Positions 12,325-25,262 of a stretch of 64,000 bases of DNA are shown here, piece after piece. Positions within the stretch are counted from its first letter, which is position 1. Every line of letters begins with the position of its first letter. The notes under the pieces are model-generated. The model was not told the DNA's origin. It did no database searches and saw only the letters and a list, made by a program, of their open reading frames with translations. Source of the DNA: Pecten maximus. Its lineage: Eukaryota. A program made the position numbers and the translations under genes. The stretch covers positions 36,022,001-36,086,000 of the forward strand of contig NC_047020.1 in assembly GCF_902652985.1 (NCBI RefSeq). The letters are read 5' to 3'.

Positions 12325-12545
12325 GGTAGACCTAGGTGGTATTAAAGGCGCGTGGTTCGATTCCAACCAAGGGAGGTTTGGGTTTTTTTCTCATGAACTC
12401 GTAATCGCACACAGAGATTTGCTGTTTTGTCCTTCGACAGGACACTTTACCCTTTTCGCTCAGGAGAGATTCCGACGAGCCTCTCGTATAAGGTAGTGAG
12501 GTAGTCACCAACTACTACAAGATCCGCCTTAACCACAATTGCTCA
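12325..12545 (+). mobile_element. CORE-type SINE (degenerate)
   Basis: B box GGTTCGATTCC, GACACTTTACCC, GTGAGGTAGTCACCAACTACTACAAG. Confidence 0.7.
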
Positions 12546-13807
12546 TACATACATCAGGATTATCCAATGTTTATGTATCCGATGTCGTGTTATAAAAATA
12601 TCTAGTTATAGCTCAAAATATTGATTATTTGATACGTAGAATAGGAGAACTAAAGTCCATTAAGCGGCTTTAGCAACATCTTTTACAGATATGATAAAAA
12701 CTATCCCTTTCTTAAATATGGCAGTTTTGATACAAGCGAAATGGAACATTTTATGTTACATTGCAGGTGTGAATGTTGAATACTTAACATCCTGAGTCAG
12801 AGAGGGACATTTCATATATGATATACATGCAATCGTACTTGATGACCTACATTATGTAGATAAGTGACATTTCACAAGGAAGTGGACATAACGTTCATGG
12901 CTACAGTTGAAATCAATACGTCGGCATGCATGACACAGAACCGTACGAACGTAATTGATATAAATATAAAATATGGAAAATAAATATTATCTTTGGTGAT
13001 CTAACAAAGGGCATTTCGTCTTTTCAACATTTTGATCGATTCAACAAAGGAACAAAGCAAACGGCCAAAGAAAGAAAAAATATCAAAAACACATACAAAC
13101 AAAAAATTTCTTAGTTTGAAGTCTTCTTGCTGACAAATTTAGAATATTCTGTGAAGAGATTTCAAAACACTCTTTTAAAAGCGCCTATATCGTGCTATTT
13201 GGGACCAAAAACTTGTTATTGCGTCATGTATGCCATGTGCTTTTATTAAAAGTAAGCATTTTCTTTCATTTATCAAGGGAATTTATAACAATCATTTCGG
13301 TTGTGTCTTGAGGATTTTTTTTTTAAATGGACACGATATCCTTGATTCAATCTTACCTTGATTTAAGCCGTATCATTACCAACAAGTGTTCCGTGTAGAA
13401 ATATTAAAACAGGAGTGTTTAGATAGTCATTAAATGATTACTGTATCAACAGTGGCGCGTGTCAAATGGCGTGCATTGTGGAGTCATCCATTGTACAATG
13501 AGGGTCAACGGAGCTCAAGCAATCCTGTTCGGCAAATGTCATATTCCGGTACTTTTATACTACAGCAGTATATATATAATTAAAACAAACAATAAAATAT
13601 ACATATAAAAAATACTGCAGTGTCAGTTGAAATGTCAGAAGCAGCAATACGCTGCGATCGCCTTCTGCTGGTTATTGACAGTATATAACATTGGCCAACC
13701 TACGGAAGCTTGTTACTGCCGCATGGGATGTTTCTATCGACAAAAAAAATCGAAATTTTCAGATAGAACAAAAAATGCGATGGAGTAAGACATTTCTACA
13801 GGAGAGT

Positions 13808-14027
13808 TTGGTTTGTTTTTGTTTAACGTCCTACTAACAGCCAGGGTAATTTAATGACGTGCCAGGCTTTGGAGGTGGAGGAAAGCTGGAGTTCCCTGCA
13901 GAAAAACCACCGGCCTACGGTCAGTACCTGGCAACTGCCCCACGTAGGTTTCGAACTCGCAACCCAGAGGTGGAAGGACTAGTGATAAAGTGTCGGGACA
14001 CCTTAACCACTCGGCCACGGCGGCCCC
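13808..14027 (-). mobile_element. Full-length V-domain SINE (family 1)
   Basis: Close reverse complement of 10784-11003; flanking direct repeat CAGGAGAGT at 13799-13807 and 14034-14042. Confidence 0.9.
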
Positions 14028-15494
14028 ACCCCGCAGGAGAGTCTATATGGGACCTATCGTCAGAGCTGGTCCACTACGGCGTTTCCAGATCGCTTCCTTT
14101 TACTGCGCTAGGAGTTCTTTCAACAACCACTTTGGAGTTGCTATAGTCAACGACAAGATTTTGCTGTGCAGCATTAGAGGTACTGTAGGTCATTGACATG
14201 AGATTCAAATTCTGATCTGGTAAATGTCCCGCGTTCTTCGGTTTCATGATAAAATTTACTTGAGTGACATTTTTCACCTATTTGTCGGATAGATATTGTC
14301 TTCATATTGCTAAACACTAAATTTTACAATAAAGACATATTTGGCCATATTTTCGTATTCATCACAAAAGTTTCTAATATTTATGTATATCTATATATCC
14401 GCTGTTTCGTCTGTCTTGTCGTATTCCCCCATTTGACTTCCCAATCACTTAACTATATGACGTATGATAACCGTCCACCGTACTCATGTTTATACACGTC
14501 TAAATGTCACCAGGTGCCCAGACAACAAACTGACTTGATGAAGGTCATTACTTATTACTACAGATGTATCATAACCGACAGTCAGCGTATTCACTAATAT
14601 TCACAGAAATGCGTAAAATAAAACCCATTGTAAAGAAATGTGTTATCTAATTAAAATCTACAAATAAATAAAAATAAAAGACAACGTCCTTTTAAGACCG
14701 AAAGTTACGAGTGGAATTTACATATGCAAGCGGAGCACGAGAGAGTGTCTTCGGTATGCAATTAATTATCATCAATTATAAATTCAAAAGATATAATTAG
14801 TAACTCTTTTTTTGGGGGGGGGGGGGTCAATCGATCGTAATGACTCTTTCCCGGAGATACGGGTACAACACAGCATCATCGAAATACAATGAGGACTTGT
14901 CGATCGCAACATTTTGAATCAAGCTGTGACGTCCAAAAGGCACGTGATGAATTTCATTTATTGCCATTTAAATCACACAATCACACTTTTCTTTCTTGTT
15001 TGTTTGTATCATGACATTTCTATGCATGTATATGTAAACAGTTTATTGGTCTTTCTATATTTTGTTTACTTTTTGTAACATTTTGTTTACATAATTTGGC
15101 ATTGTACGTATGTGATGCATCTTTGAATTGAAAAGACGTCGTTCGATTAATATCTTAAGTGCTGTCCTTCCAAAACATCGGTATTTTTATGGTCTTCCTT
15201 TCGGATTCGGTAATTTAAAAAAACATGTTATTTGTTTCAACAGTCTTGTATTTTTTATCGATATAATGAAACGTGGATTTCGGCCTGGAGCAACGCAACG
15301 CTATCATAATATATGCGTATCGCTGACAGGGATAGGACGAAAACATATTCAATTATCTGTAACATTGAATCCAAATTAAAGAGTTTTACCTAAAGCATAA
15401 AGTAGGGAATAGTAGCGAAAAGGCCTTCTGAAAAAGAAATACGGTAAACTATTTTGTCTGTGCATTTTGAAAGGTACTACGGAAGCTGATATCG

Positions 15495-15670
15495 CGGCTT
15501 CTCTTGCTGTTGTTGTGCCTTAATTAAGACATTCTATCTGCTCTGGATGGCATGCGACAGGCCTCTCGTATGATGTTAAGTGAGGTAGTCACCAACTACT
15601 ACAATGATCCCCGCCTGAGTATAACTCTGGATGTTCTCGGGCGATACTTCCAACAGACAGAGCAGACAGA
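15495..15670 (+). mobile_element. CORE-type SINE 3' portion
   Basis: TGCTCTGGATGGCATGCGA...GTGAGGTAGTCACCAACTACTACAA. Confidence 0.75.
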
Positions 15671-15920
15671 CAGTAGATGCTACTTACCAACCTTTGAAAG
15701 AGATATCCACATTTAATAAAGTGTATCGGTCAGTCAAAAGGGAAACAGGTTCATGAAATTTATAGACGGGAACATCGTCGTGACGTTGAATGAGCATTTA
15801 AAATGAGTGGATTGAAGAATTCCTGGTAAGAATCCCTGAATGCAGGATCGAGTAGTACATACCAAAAAATCAAATCTGGGAATATATTCATGTTTGGCAG
15901 GTTGATAGATAAGTTTCTGA

Positions 15921-16033
15921 TGTTTGTTTGTATGTTTGTTGGGTTTATCACCCCATGAACATCCAAGGTCATTTTGAGGCGGGGACACCTTGTGGTAGTT
16001 GGTGACTACCTCACTGAGCAGTACCGGGAGGCC
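15921..16033 (-). mobile_element. CORE-type SINE 3' portion, inverted relative to the 15495 copy
   Basis: GTAGTTGGTGACTACCTCAC and a (GTTT)n tail. Confidence 0.75.
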
Positions 16034-16496
16034 AATCTAGCCTATGTAACTTTTCAAAATGTTGATGAATCAAAAGTCGAAATTACAAATGCATTTTTTT
16101 TCCTTTTTACCTTTAACCCATGCAATATATATGTACATTTTATTATCTCGTTCAGCGAATTTTTATGAAGTTTCACAGGTCACAACTGGCTGTCTGTCAA
16201 TATGTTTTATTTATTTGAACTACTTTACAATGTGTGATAACTTTCACGGCATGTGACACTTAATAAAGTAAAACTTCAACTTGAACTTAACCTGAACATA
16301 AACCCCGGAATGTAGGTAGCCACGTGTTACATCGATGACGAACTGTAGTTTACTCTGAGACATACATTTAAACAACATCAGACAATAACGACATATTAGC
16401 AAATTACAATTCTAATTAAATGTTGATTAAACGAAGATAAAATGCGAAACAAATCTATATTTAGATGGAGAATACTGATAATGAACGAGGATAACG

Positions 16497-16553
16497 AGAC
16501 CAGGCATTCCGGTAGGGTAAACGTCTTCTGCTTCATCGATGACACCCGTCGTG
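16497..16553 (-). mobile_element. Penelope-like element downstream/terminal motif (related copies at about 31295-31350, 42695-42732, 44853-44893)
   Basis: TTCCGGTAGGGTAAACGTCTTCTGCTTCATCGATGACACCCGTCGTG recurs in degenerate form, once next to a Penelope-like RT fragment. Confidence 0.55.
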
Positions 16554-16637
16554 TATATCCGGGTCGGTTTAGTTAGTCACGTGTCATGAGCAATGTAAAG
16601 CACGTCCTGTCTCGTCACGGATAAATGTCATTCTGCA

Positions 16638-16822
16638 ATTCCATCTTTTCGTTATGAAGAGTTATCTACTCTTGTGAGCATGTATTGATTGTTACGTCAT
16701 TTCGTTTGCGCGGGAAGATGTTTTATCACAAATCAATGACGTAACACTCACAAAACAAATGACGTAACAATCAAAACCTGCCAATAAGAGCAGATAACTT
16801 TGCTTTACGAAAAGACGGAATA
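16638..16822. mobile_element. Palindromic MITE (~185 bp)
   Basis: Long TIRs ATTCCATCTTTTCGT..GAGTTATCT..TGATTGTTACGTCATTT / AAATGACGTAACAATCA..AGATAACT..ACGAAAAGACGGAAT. Confidence 0.8.
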
Positions 16823-17387
16823 GATTTTAACAAGGCTAGTCAAGTTTTTTAATTCACCGTATAAAATGATTAAAATATTTCAAATGTTTCCTTAAACAAG
16901 ATTTCATTCAGAGTTCCATTGCGATCGTGCATGCTTTTACCTGATTACCGCCTAGTAAATTCTTTATTGACTTATCATTGTGAAGGGAAAATAGGGTTCG
17001 CTGTTAATATTGATTTGGAAAAGTCACATGTAAATATGTATATTTCGTATGAAAAGCATTAATAAACCTAAGAAGGTAAAGTATGTTTAGCAAATCTCGC
17101 CCAATCAACATTAAACTTTAAAAGTATTTTAACGAGCCTCGTGTTCCAACAATGGGTCTGTTTTAATTGGTATGTCGCAAAGTTTGTCGGTGTAGATATA
17201 GACCATGCTTCTCTCCCATTTTATAAATAAATATTCGGCGAATATCAAAGAACTGCTAATATTTTCCATGACATATTATTTGTATATGTTATATAGCTGT
17301 AAGAAGCTTATCCTAAACTTTCTATTAGTCAAATCAGAGACTAACTCGCGCCATGGTACATGTCTACGTAATTCAGGTATCAGGTGT

Positions 17388-17428
17388 ATATATATATATT
17401 ATATATATATATATATATATTTATATAT
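17388..17428. repeat. (TA)n microsatellite
   Basis: Directly visible. Confidence 0.85.
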
Positions 17429-18906
17429 CAGAACTTTTATTGGATGTATACCTATCATATACATTAAAGGTTTCCGTGACCTAACAGGCACGCCATTTCA
17501 GATTTTTTCATAAGTCTCTACCCTCGGGGTTTGAAGGATTAAACTTAAATGCGATCGATATGACCTGGTCATCTTGCCTTTTAACGTTTAACTAAATATT
17601 TCCCACGTATTCCAGCCTTTGTTGTTTTAAATCTGCATTACTTCTTTTCTTTAAGACTACTTGAAAGGCTGTTTGAACAACCAGTGATAGTCCCTCTTGA
17701 CTTTAAATGGTTAAAATTAATATTATAAGTTCATTAATCCGAGCTGACTTATCAAAGCCTTGTTAGCTTCTGAAAATATTTTCTGTAAACGTTTCAAATC
17801 TAACATGTTGAATAATTTTGAAATGCATGGTCTAACTAAAGGATATATTTGGTAAGGACTTACATTGAAATAATTTTTAGATATATAAATCAAATATAAA
17901 CTTTCTTTATTTTTCTATTTAAGAAAAATGTAAACGTTTAAATTCAAAATTAAACAAATAAATCTTTTTGGGCCAGTTTAGCACGTTGTTTAAATGTATT
18001 GTCTATTTATAGAGTTGTAAATCTCTCCGTGTATGAGGACACTCGACGTATCAGATATTTAAATGTTGAGGTAAGGTAAAAACATGAATGAAATCAGTTT
18101 TTTGCTAACATCAGCGGTTTTTCATTCTTTTTCTTTTAATTTCTGTTTTTCTTATATTTTCTTATTGTACTTTATATGAACTATCCAATACAAATCATTA
18201 TGAAGAAGTTACACGAAATCAAGAGGCCCAGAGGGCCAGCATAACTCGATAAATCGCCTGAATATTTCATATATAATGATAAAACTAAGTACAGGAAACA
18301 CTACCAGTTACTTTATTGATGTCCATTGTGGAAATGTCGGCTACAATACATTTGTTTCTAACTTATCATATAATAGAACTACATATTATCAAAAAACAAA
18401 ACTTAATGCAGAGCGTGTGAGAAAGAATTGACCCTATGAAACGCGTGGAGGCGACTAATGTGAGAGACAATACAGAATCGCGATTTTTGCGTGATTTCCA
18501 CGGAATGGACACTGAATTTTCTAAAACTTATCACATAGTTTGCCTGCTTCTATACCGATTGTAACCCGCACGACTTACATGTATATTGCATCGAAACTCT
18601 AATGAACTTCATATTATCGCTAAAGGCACATATTATTACTATAAATGGCGGATATCTCTGTTCACCAAAGTGTCGACGGCAACCCGCTGTCGTTATACCT
18701 TACTTTATCGGCATATCGAGTTCGGCAATAAACTTCACACTTAATAGCAAGACGGTTTAATAGACATTGACGGGGATTAATGGTCAATATATGTCCAGTC
18801 CAGTTTCACTGCCCCGTCCCAGCGTAAATCGATAATTTCGCACTGACCATCGGTCAAATATAATGAGCATAGATTATAAAAGGCAAGAGAAAAATCCTGT
18901 GGTATT

Positions 18907-19569
18907 CCTACAGGACACATCTAACGGAGACTTCCAATGGGACATAGAGGGAACACACTGTTCCGTGGGAAACCTTGTTGTACTCCTACAGGAAACATCT
19001 AATGGAGACTCTCTATAGGACACTCAGGGAACACCCTATCCCGTGGGAAACCTTGCCGTACTCCTACAGGACACATCTTACGGAGACTTCCAATGGGACA
19101 CAGTGGGAACACCCAGTCCCGTGGGGAAACCTTGCTGTTTTCCTATAAGACACACCTAACGGAGACTTCCAATGGGACATACATGTAGAGGGAGCACCCA
19201 GTCCCGTGGGAAACCTTGCCGTACTCCTACAGGACACACCTAACGGAGACTTCCAATGGGACACAGAGGGAGCACCCAGTCCCGTGGGAAACCTTGCTGT
19301 TTACCTATAAGACACACCTAACGGAGACTTCCAATGGGACATACATGTAGAGGGAGCACCCAGTCCCGTGGGAAACCTTGCCGTACTCCTACAGGACACA
19401 CCTAACGGAGACTTCCAATGGGACATACATGTAGAGGGAACACCCTATCCCGTGGGAAACCTTGCCGTACTCCTATAAGACACATCTAATGGAGACTTCC
19501 AATGGGACACAGAGGGAACACCCTGTCCCGTGGGAAATCTCACCGTTCTCCTATAAGACACACCTAACG
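18907..19569. repeat. 78/84-bp satellite, about 8.5 copies, hairpin-forming monomer
   Basis: Unit CCTACAGGACACACCTAACGGAGACTTCCAATGGGACACAGAGGGAACACCCAGTCCCGTGGGAAACCTTGCCGTACT. Confidence 0.95.
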
Positions 19570-20116
19570 CTCAGATAGGCTGACCACAGTTTCGTTGTAA
19601 ACAGACGGTACAGCCTGGCGATAGAGGCCTTTGGTACAGGTGTTATCTAAGTATAGCATAACAACGTGGTTTATAACTCATGTGCCTTGTAACTTTAGTG
19701 AAACTTCACAGCGTCGTAAAAAGAAAACAGAACTTGGCCCTGATTCTCATTAACCAACGAATGTTAATGTCACCAGGTCGCCACGGACCTAAAATTAGTG
19801 TACGTCAGACATGCAGACAACGTAGTCAGACGTCTGTGTAAGGTGGGGCCAGACACACAGGAAGCCGGGAAGTTCCCACCTTGGTGTTGTCAAATTGTAC
19901 CTCGAAATTTCATAGTGATTTTTATCACACGTGAATTTTAAGACAGCGTTCCTTGACCTTCACATCAAATGTGACCCCAGTTGACCTCTCTATGAGACAG
20001 TGACTGATTTATTTTCAATAACTGTTGCCCTCTGGATTAGTATCTATCGATCGATTGATTGATAGATCGATAGATTTTTTATTGACCGATCAATCGATTG
20101 AATGGTAGTAGGTTGG

Positions 20117-20117
<1 letters not shown>

Positions 20118-20167
<50 letters not shown>
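20118..20167. repeat. (GATT)n microsatellite
   Basis: Directly visible. Confidence 0.9.
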
Positions 20168-20169
<2 letters not shown>

Positions 20170-20374
20170 CTTCAAAATTGATTTACGCTGGACATCACTG
20201 TCAGTAATAAGCAGTTGGCCTCCACAATCAATGAATTGATAATATCAGGATCCGTGAATGCTGCTCCTGATATTTCCTTACTAGGTCACCATCACGTTTG
20301 ATGAAATATTGACATGTGAACATTTTCTGCTGTACGCGCTTAGAACTATCACCAATAGATTGCCGAATTAAATG

Positions 20375-20628
20375 TGCTACAGAATGTGTGAGACGATGTA
20401 TTGTTGTTGTAGTTGGTGGCTCCCTCACTGAACAACACAAGATAGACCATTCGCATGTTTTCCAAATCATTTAAGGTAAAGTGTATCGTTCAAGAACACA
20501 ATCACTGTAGCACAGGACGCTCAGCGAACTCAGCTTCCTTAGAAACGCAAACTTCCCCGGTTAAGGATCGAGCTGTTTTGCGTATTAGATAGCATCGTTC
20601 GATGATCTCCCAACTGCGCCATCCCCTT
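20375..20628 (-). mobile_element. Degenerate CORE-type SINE
   Basis: GTAGTTGGTGGCTCCCTCAC, GGTAAAGTGT...AAGAACAC (CORE-like), tRNA-like head near 20560-20628. Confidence 0.55.
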
Positions 20629-22454
20629 ATGGTCCGAATGAGCCACCATACTTGAGGGGGTGGAGCGCTGACATCCTATGTACACGGAAGGAGGATAACC
20701 CACTCACCTGTTTCACTCGGAGATGAGGAAACTTAAAATGCAATCAGATAGGATAACCATGTAACATCAAAGAGAAAACGCCATCTAGCGGGAAAACTTA
20801 ACGAGAACTGGTTTAAAACCCTGCTATAGCGACTACACCAGAAACAATTTGTATTTCTTTGGAGAATTTAAATTTGAAAATCATTAATGTGTATCATCCG
20901 ATGGTGTCTTTAAAGCAATAGTTTCATTTATACATGTATATAAAGGAACACAACATGATACATTCCAGTGACAATATAACGGATTGGGAGGGTAATAACG
21001 CAAATATACCTGCTACATGATATTTCAGTGAAATCGCACTACACAGCTGTCGTTAATTTGCATCAATCAAGAAATAAAAAATAAAAAATAAAAAATAAAA
21101 AAAATATATATATATACTTTCTAAGAAACATTCCGGAACTTTCCTGTTTTCCATTATATAATTAACCACAATCGCACATGACATCACGAGCTTAGTCATT
21201 ATATACGTGATAATTATCCCATCGTACAAATAACCCTTAATTTAAAAACCGATGACTGTCTTTGGCATGATCTCAATGCCTTAAATGAAATCTTAAATGT
21301 TGTTAATTTCCATCCTTACTTCATTAACCCCTATGATTATATATCTACCACAGACGAAAACATCATTTATCAGATAGAGACTACATTATGACCTAAATTG
21401 ACCCAGAATGACAAAACGTCTAACAAGCATTATTGTAGAATGAGGTCAACCGTCAGTCTTGTTAACCCTCCGGCGGTATTCTCTATCTACTTACCATGAA
21501 AACGTGTGTCAATAATTGTCAATAAACTAACACTAATTGGGATACAGATTATGTTATCGGTCAGTATTTACCTCGCCGATGGTCATCTAATCGAGCCTTT
21601 TAATGTGCTGGTCAGGGCCGTATTGGTGATGATCGTGCAGAAACGTTTAGACTTTGCCTTTGAATGTGTCGACTAAAATCCCAAACTCCTGATCACGGCG
21701 ATAACTGTAATTACTAAGCATTACGTTCCAGCCCCACCCCAGGGGCACCGTAACCCAACGTTTAGGATTTATCTCCTAGAATTATCATACTAATAGTTAA
21801 TTATATTATATATGCTTGTCGGTCGTTTCATTTACCCTACATATTTTGACATTACTTACGACATCAGACATTTTACGAGCTGGAGATTATGATCGTGTTA
21901 GCCGGAAGGAATTTAGAATAATTTCTGATGTTTTTTTCCCCACAAATTAAACAATAGGCTTGTCTTGGTTGTCTCGGTTATTATAAAACAGCCTACATCA
22001 AATGCTATGCATCAACATCAGTGTTAATTTCATGGATACCAATTTACGGCGAAGGACACATTTCTTTTTTTCTAAAAGAATTACAAATTCTCAGAAATAT
22101 CAATATTTTTTTGTTTATGTATTTGTAACCATAATATCAAACTTGAAACGTGATAATTCGGTGAAAATAAATCTTTTTTTAATGAAACGCATTTCCTGCA
22201 CCACAAATGGTGCCCATTTACGTCTTCATTTTACAAATAACAACTTATTCTACGGGGGAAACTTGTGAGTGTTCTGTGGAGATTTTATCCATGTGCTATT
22301 GTTTTTAAAATGTGGATAGAAAAGCAATTTATCCAAGTCTGATTTTCGCAGGATATTGATTATACTTCACTTCTTAAAACGATATCAAAAATGCTTTTTT
22401 TCGATATTCACTTGAAAGCGACAATAATATGTTCCGTGTTATTTTTTTTATTTT

Positions 22455-22635
22455 TCCGTTTTGGTAGTTAGATACATTCGAATCTCGTAACTTCGAAGTC
22501 ACTGGGGTGATGAAAATTACCCTCGAGATATCCAAGGTATCCGAGGTAGGCGGAACTGAATCTCTTACGAGCTTAACTTCGAGTTATGTAGTGTCTTCCA
22601 GTTATCAATGTTCGATATAACAAATTTTGACTGTA
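22455..22635. mobile_element. Tc1/mariner-pogo-type MITE fragment ending ...TTTGACTG-TA
   Basis: Repeated TTCGAG(A/T)TA motifs and terminus TTCGATATAACAAATTTTGACTGTA. Confidence 0.55.
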
Positions 22636-23571
22636 ACGCCAGCAATTGATATATATTGTATATGTTCGTTTCAGTGACGAGCACAATCCTAAGATCGCTT
22701 ATCTTCTGATGCAAATGTCATTTGATGACTCACGCAGACGTTAAATCTCGCGAGAGCACACGTCATTTCATCCGTTATCCAATAATAATCAATCATAACA
22801 TGAGCCAGTTTCAAGAAATATGATATATTTATGAATACGTATACAAATTACATAGGTTTGTCAAGGATGAGAAAACGGGGAATATTGAATATTATTCCCA
22901 GGTGAGTGAAACGCATTGTCCATTGTCTACGATGGTCTGTCCAGTGACAGCCAGGACCGGTGACGTATATCAAGTTGTGAATGAAAGCAACATATCATTG
23001 CAGAATGACATCACTCCCACTGTGTCTAGGAAATATTAATTTATAAAGAATTAATATGGCCATTTATAGTTGAGACAGGATGGTACCGATCCCTGTTCAT
23101 TAGCCGGGGTTCTGCGCGACGTAAATGAAATATTCGCCCTTCCTCACAGCAAGGCGTGATTTGATTGGTTGAAATAATGGGCACGGAATACGGTATTTCC
23201 ATTAAATATCAATGAAATGTAATGTAATTATGTATTAACGACTATTTTTTTAAAATACTGGTACAGCATGCAACGAAACATAAACAAAAATCACGAAAAA
23301 CTCAGGTCGAAATGACAATACACCTGTTTACCTACATCTCCTTCACAACTTGACAAATGACCCTGAACACAATCCGTCATCTCATCTGTTTCCTCAAACA
23401 AATGTGTGTTGATCTTGTTAAACAGGGGACTTAACAGAAAGCTTCAAGAAAGAAAGCATTACTTCTTGAATTGTCAGAAAGACTATTTAAAAAAGTTACT
23501 GATTTCCATAAAGTGTTCCCGCATACGGAAACGGTTGACATATGACGTAGGTTGTTCTAGAATGTGTGCTT

Positions 23572-23937
23572 GAGGTTAACGTCCTAACAACAGCCTAGGG
23601 TAATAATTATGATGACGGTGTCCACAAGAGATGACAGGGGTTTGTTTGTTTGTTTGTTTGTTTGTTTGTTTTTGTTTAACGTCCTATTAACAGCCAGAGT
23701 CATTTAAGGACGTGCCAGGTTTTGGAGGTGGTAGGAAAGCCGGAGTACCCGGAGAAAAACCACCGGACTCGCAACCCAGAGGTGGAGGGCTAGTGATAAA
23801 GTGTCGGGATACCATAACCACTCGGCCACTGGGCCCCTGATGACAGAGGATTTGTGGGATAGATTTATAGTGCGATCACACTGAAATACTCTGCCTGGAT
23901 ACGGTAGCATGGCGCCACACGACGTCACATCTTAACT
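23572..23937 (-). mobile_element. Older Meta-related SINE interrupted by a V-SINE
   Basis: Tail TTAACGTCCTAACAACAGCC at about 23576-23595 and ATTTATAGTGCGATCACACTGAAAT at about 23863-23887 lie on either side of the V-SINE. Confidence 0.55.
23641..23837 (-). mobile_element. V-domain SINE (family 1) with ~40-bp internal deletion
   Basis: Matches 13808-14027 except for the missing segment covering the B box; near-TSD GATGACAG(G/A)GG at 23630-23640 and 23839-23849. Confidence 0.88.
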
Positions 23938-23943
23938 TAAATA

Positions 23944-24432
23944 AAATGATCCTGAGATGGTCCTGACCAACTGTTATTATTTTTCGGGTCGGTCCAAAAT
24001 CCAAGATGGCCGCCATGGCAGCAGTCTGGAAAATCACATTTTAAATCTTCTTCTCCAGTTCCACTGATGCCATTGAGCTGAAAATTGGTGAGGATGCCAT
24101 GTAATGGGAGCCAACAAAGTTTTGTTTTCTTTCCAGCCTCATAGAATAATTTACAGGGCAGCCATGGCGGCCATTTCGTAACATGATTGGGCATTCATGG
24201 TTTTCCTGAACAACACCTATTTGAGACTTTTTCACCGGTGGGATTCGGCTCTAACTCACCTGAAATGATCCTGAGATGGTCCTGACTAAGTGTTGTTATT
24301 TTATGGGTTGGTCTGAAATCCAAGATGGCCGTCATGGCCAACAGTATCACTATACTTGCTCCTGAGAATGTATATTACAAGAGTACAAGAGTCTTTAGAG
24401 TCAGATGACCGATAAGGCCCGTGGGCCTCTTA
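23944..24432 (+). mobile_element. HINE-like element 3' part
   Basis: Repeated core AAATGATCCTGAGATGGTCCTGAC...TCCAAGATGGCCG; end TCAGATGACCG + palindrome AGGCCC-GT-GGGCCT. Confidence 0.75.
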
Positions 24433-25262
24433 TTGATCTGTAAAACGGATATAACCTGATTGCATTCATGCGGACATGAATCTAATTCAGTCTCTATATG
24501 AATGTTATCTGTAGATAACAAATTATAAATCATTATTATCATTTCGTGTTATTTGCCATCGTCAAATGGCATTCATATTAGCTATGAGTGCCAATTGGAA
24601 AATAGTTTAATACTTATATTTACGAAATATGTAACATACGTGTGTATAGATCATTTATGTACATATGTATGTGTGCAGGTTATTGACGGGCGTGTCCTCC
24701 TATTACTATCAACTAACTGAAATCCAATTTAGACGTCAGATGATGAATAGGGCAGTAATTTGTCAAGAAAAAATCTTACACAGATTTTACGGTTCCTTGC
24801 CTTCCAATGAAGTGATGTCACGAAATTCTATTTATTTATGAAAAAAACGCATATAACGCAAATTGTAACATTTTGGACAAAACACGGAAATTGATTTCAA
24901 ATTGTTTTCAATTAGCGGAATGAAATCTTCCAGTGATGGTATAAAATACATACAAACCGCTAATGGTCCATTCAATATTTTTAATGGTATTTATTTGTAC
25001 CGACATTCTCATGGTACTTCTTCCCGTAAACATCGTTAATAGCGAGTTAACACCATGTTAAATTACATATAGACATGGTTCGTGGTTTTGACGTCGTTCT
25101 AAGATTATCCTTGCTTCTAGTGCCGTATCTTCTTGGAACAATTACCTATGATTAATGGCATCAAGATTGAAAAAAATAAGAATTTATATACTTATTATTA
25201 TTAATATCTTTTGTAACCTTACCATGCTTTATGCCATATTAAAAAGGGTTTCTAGGAAAATA

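Noticed and set aside
12988-13012. miR-9-like start TCTTTGGTGATCTA (and miR-33-like GTGCATTGT at about 13470)
   Set aside because: Match is limited to the 5' part and no pre-miRNA hairpin with a star arm is evident.
18907-19569. CRISPR-like array with palindromic repeats
   Set aside because: No unique spacers (entire monomers repeat), no cas genes, eukaryotic context. The same applies to the other minisatellites.
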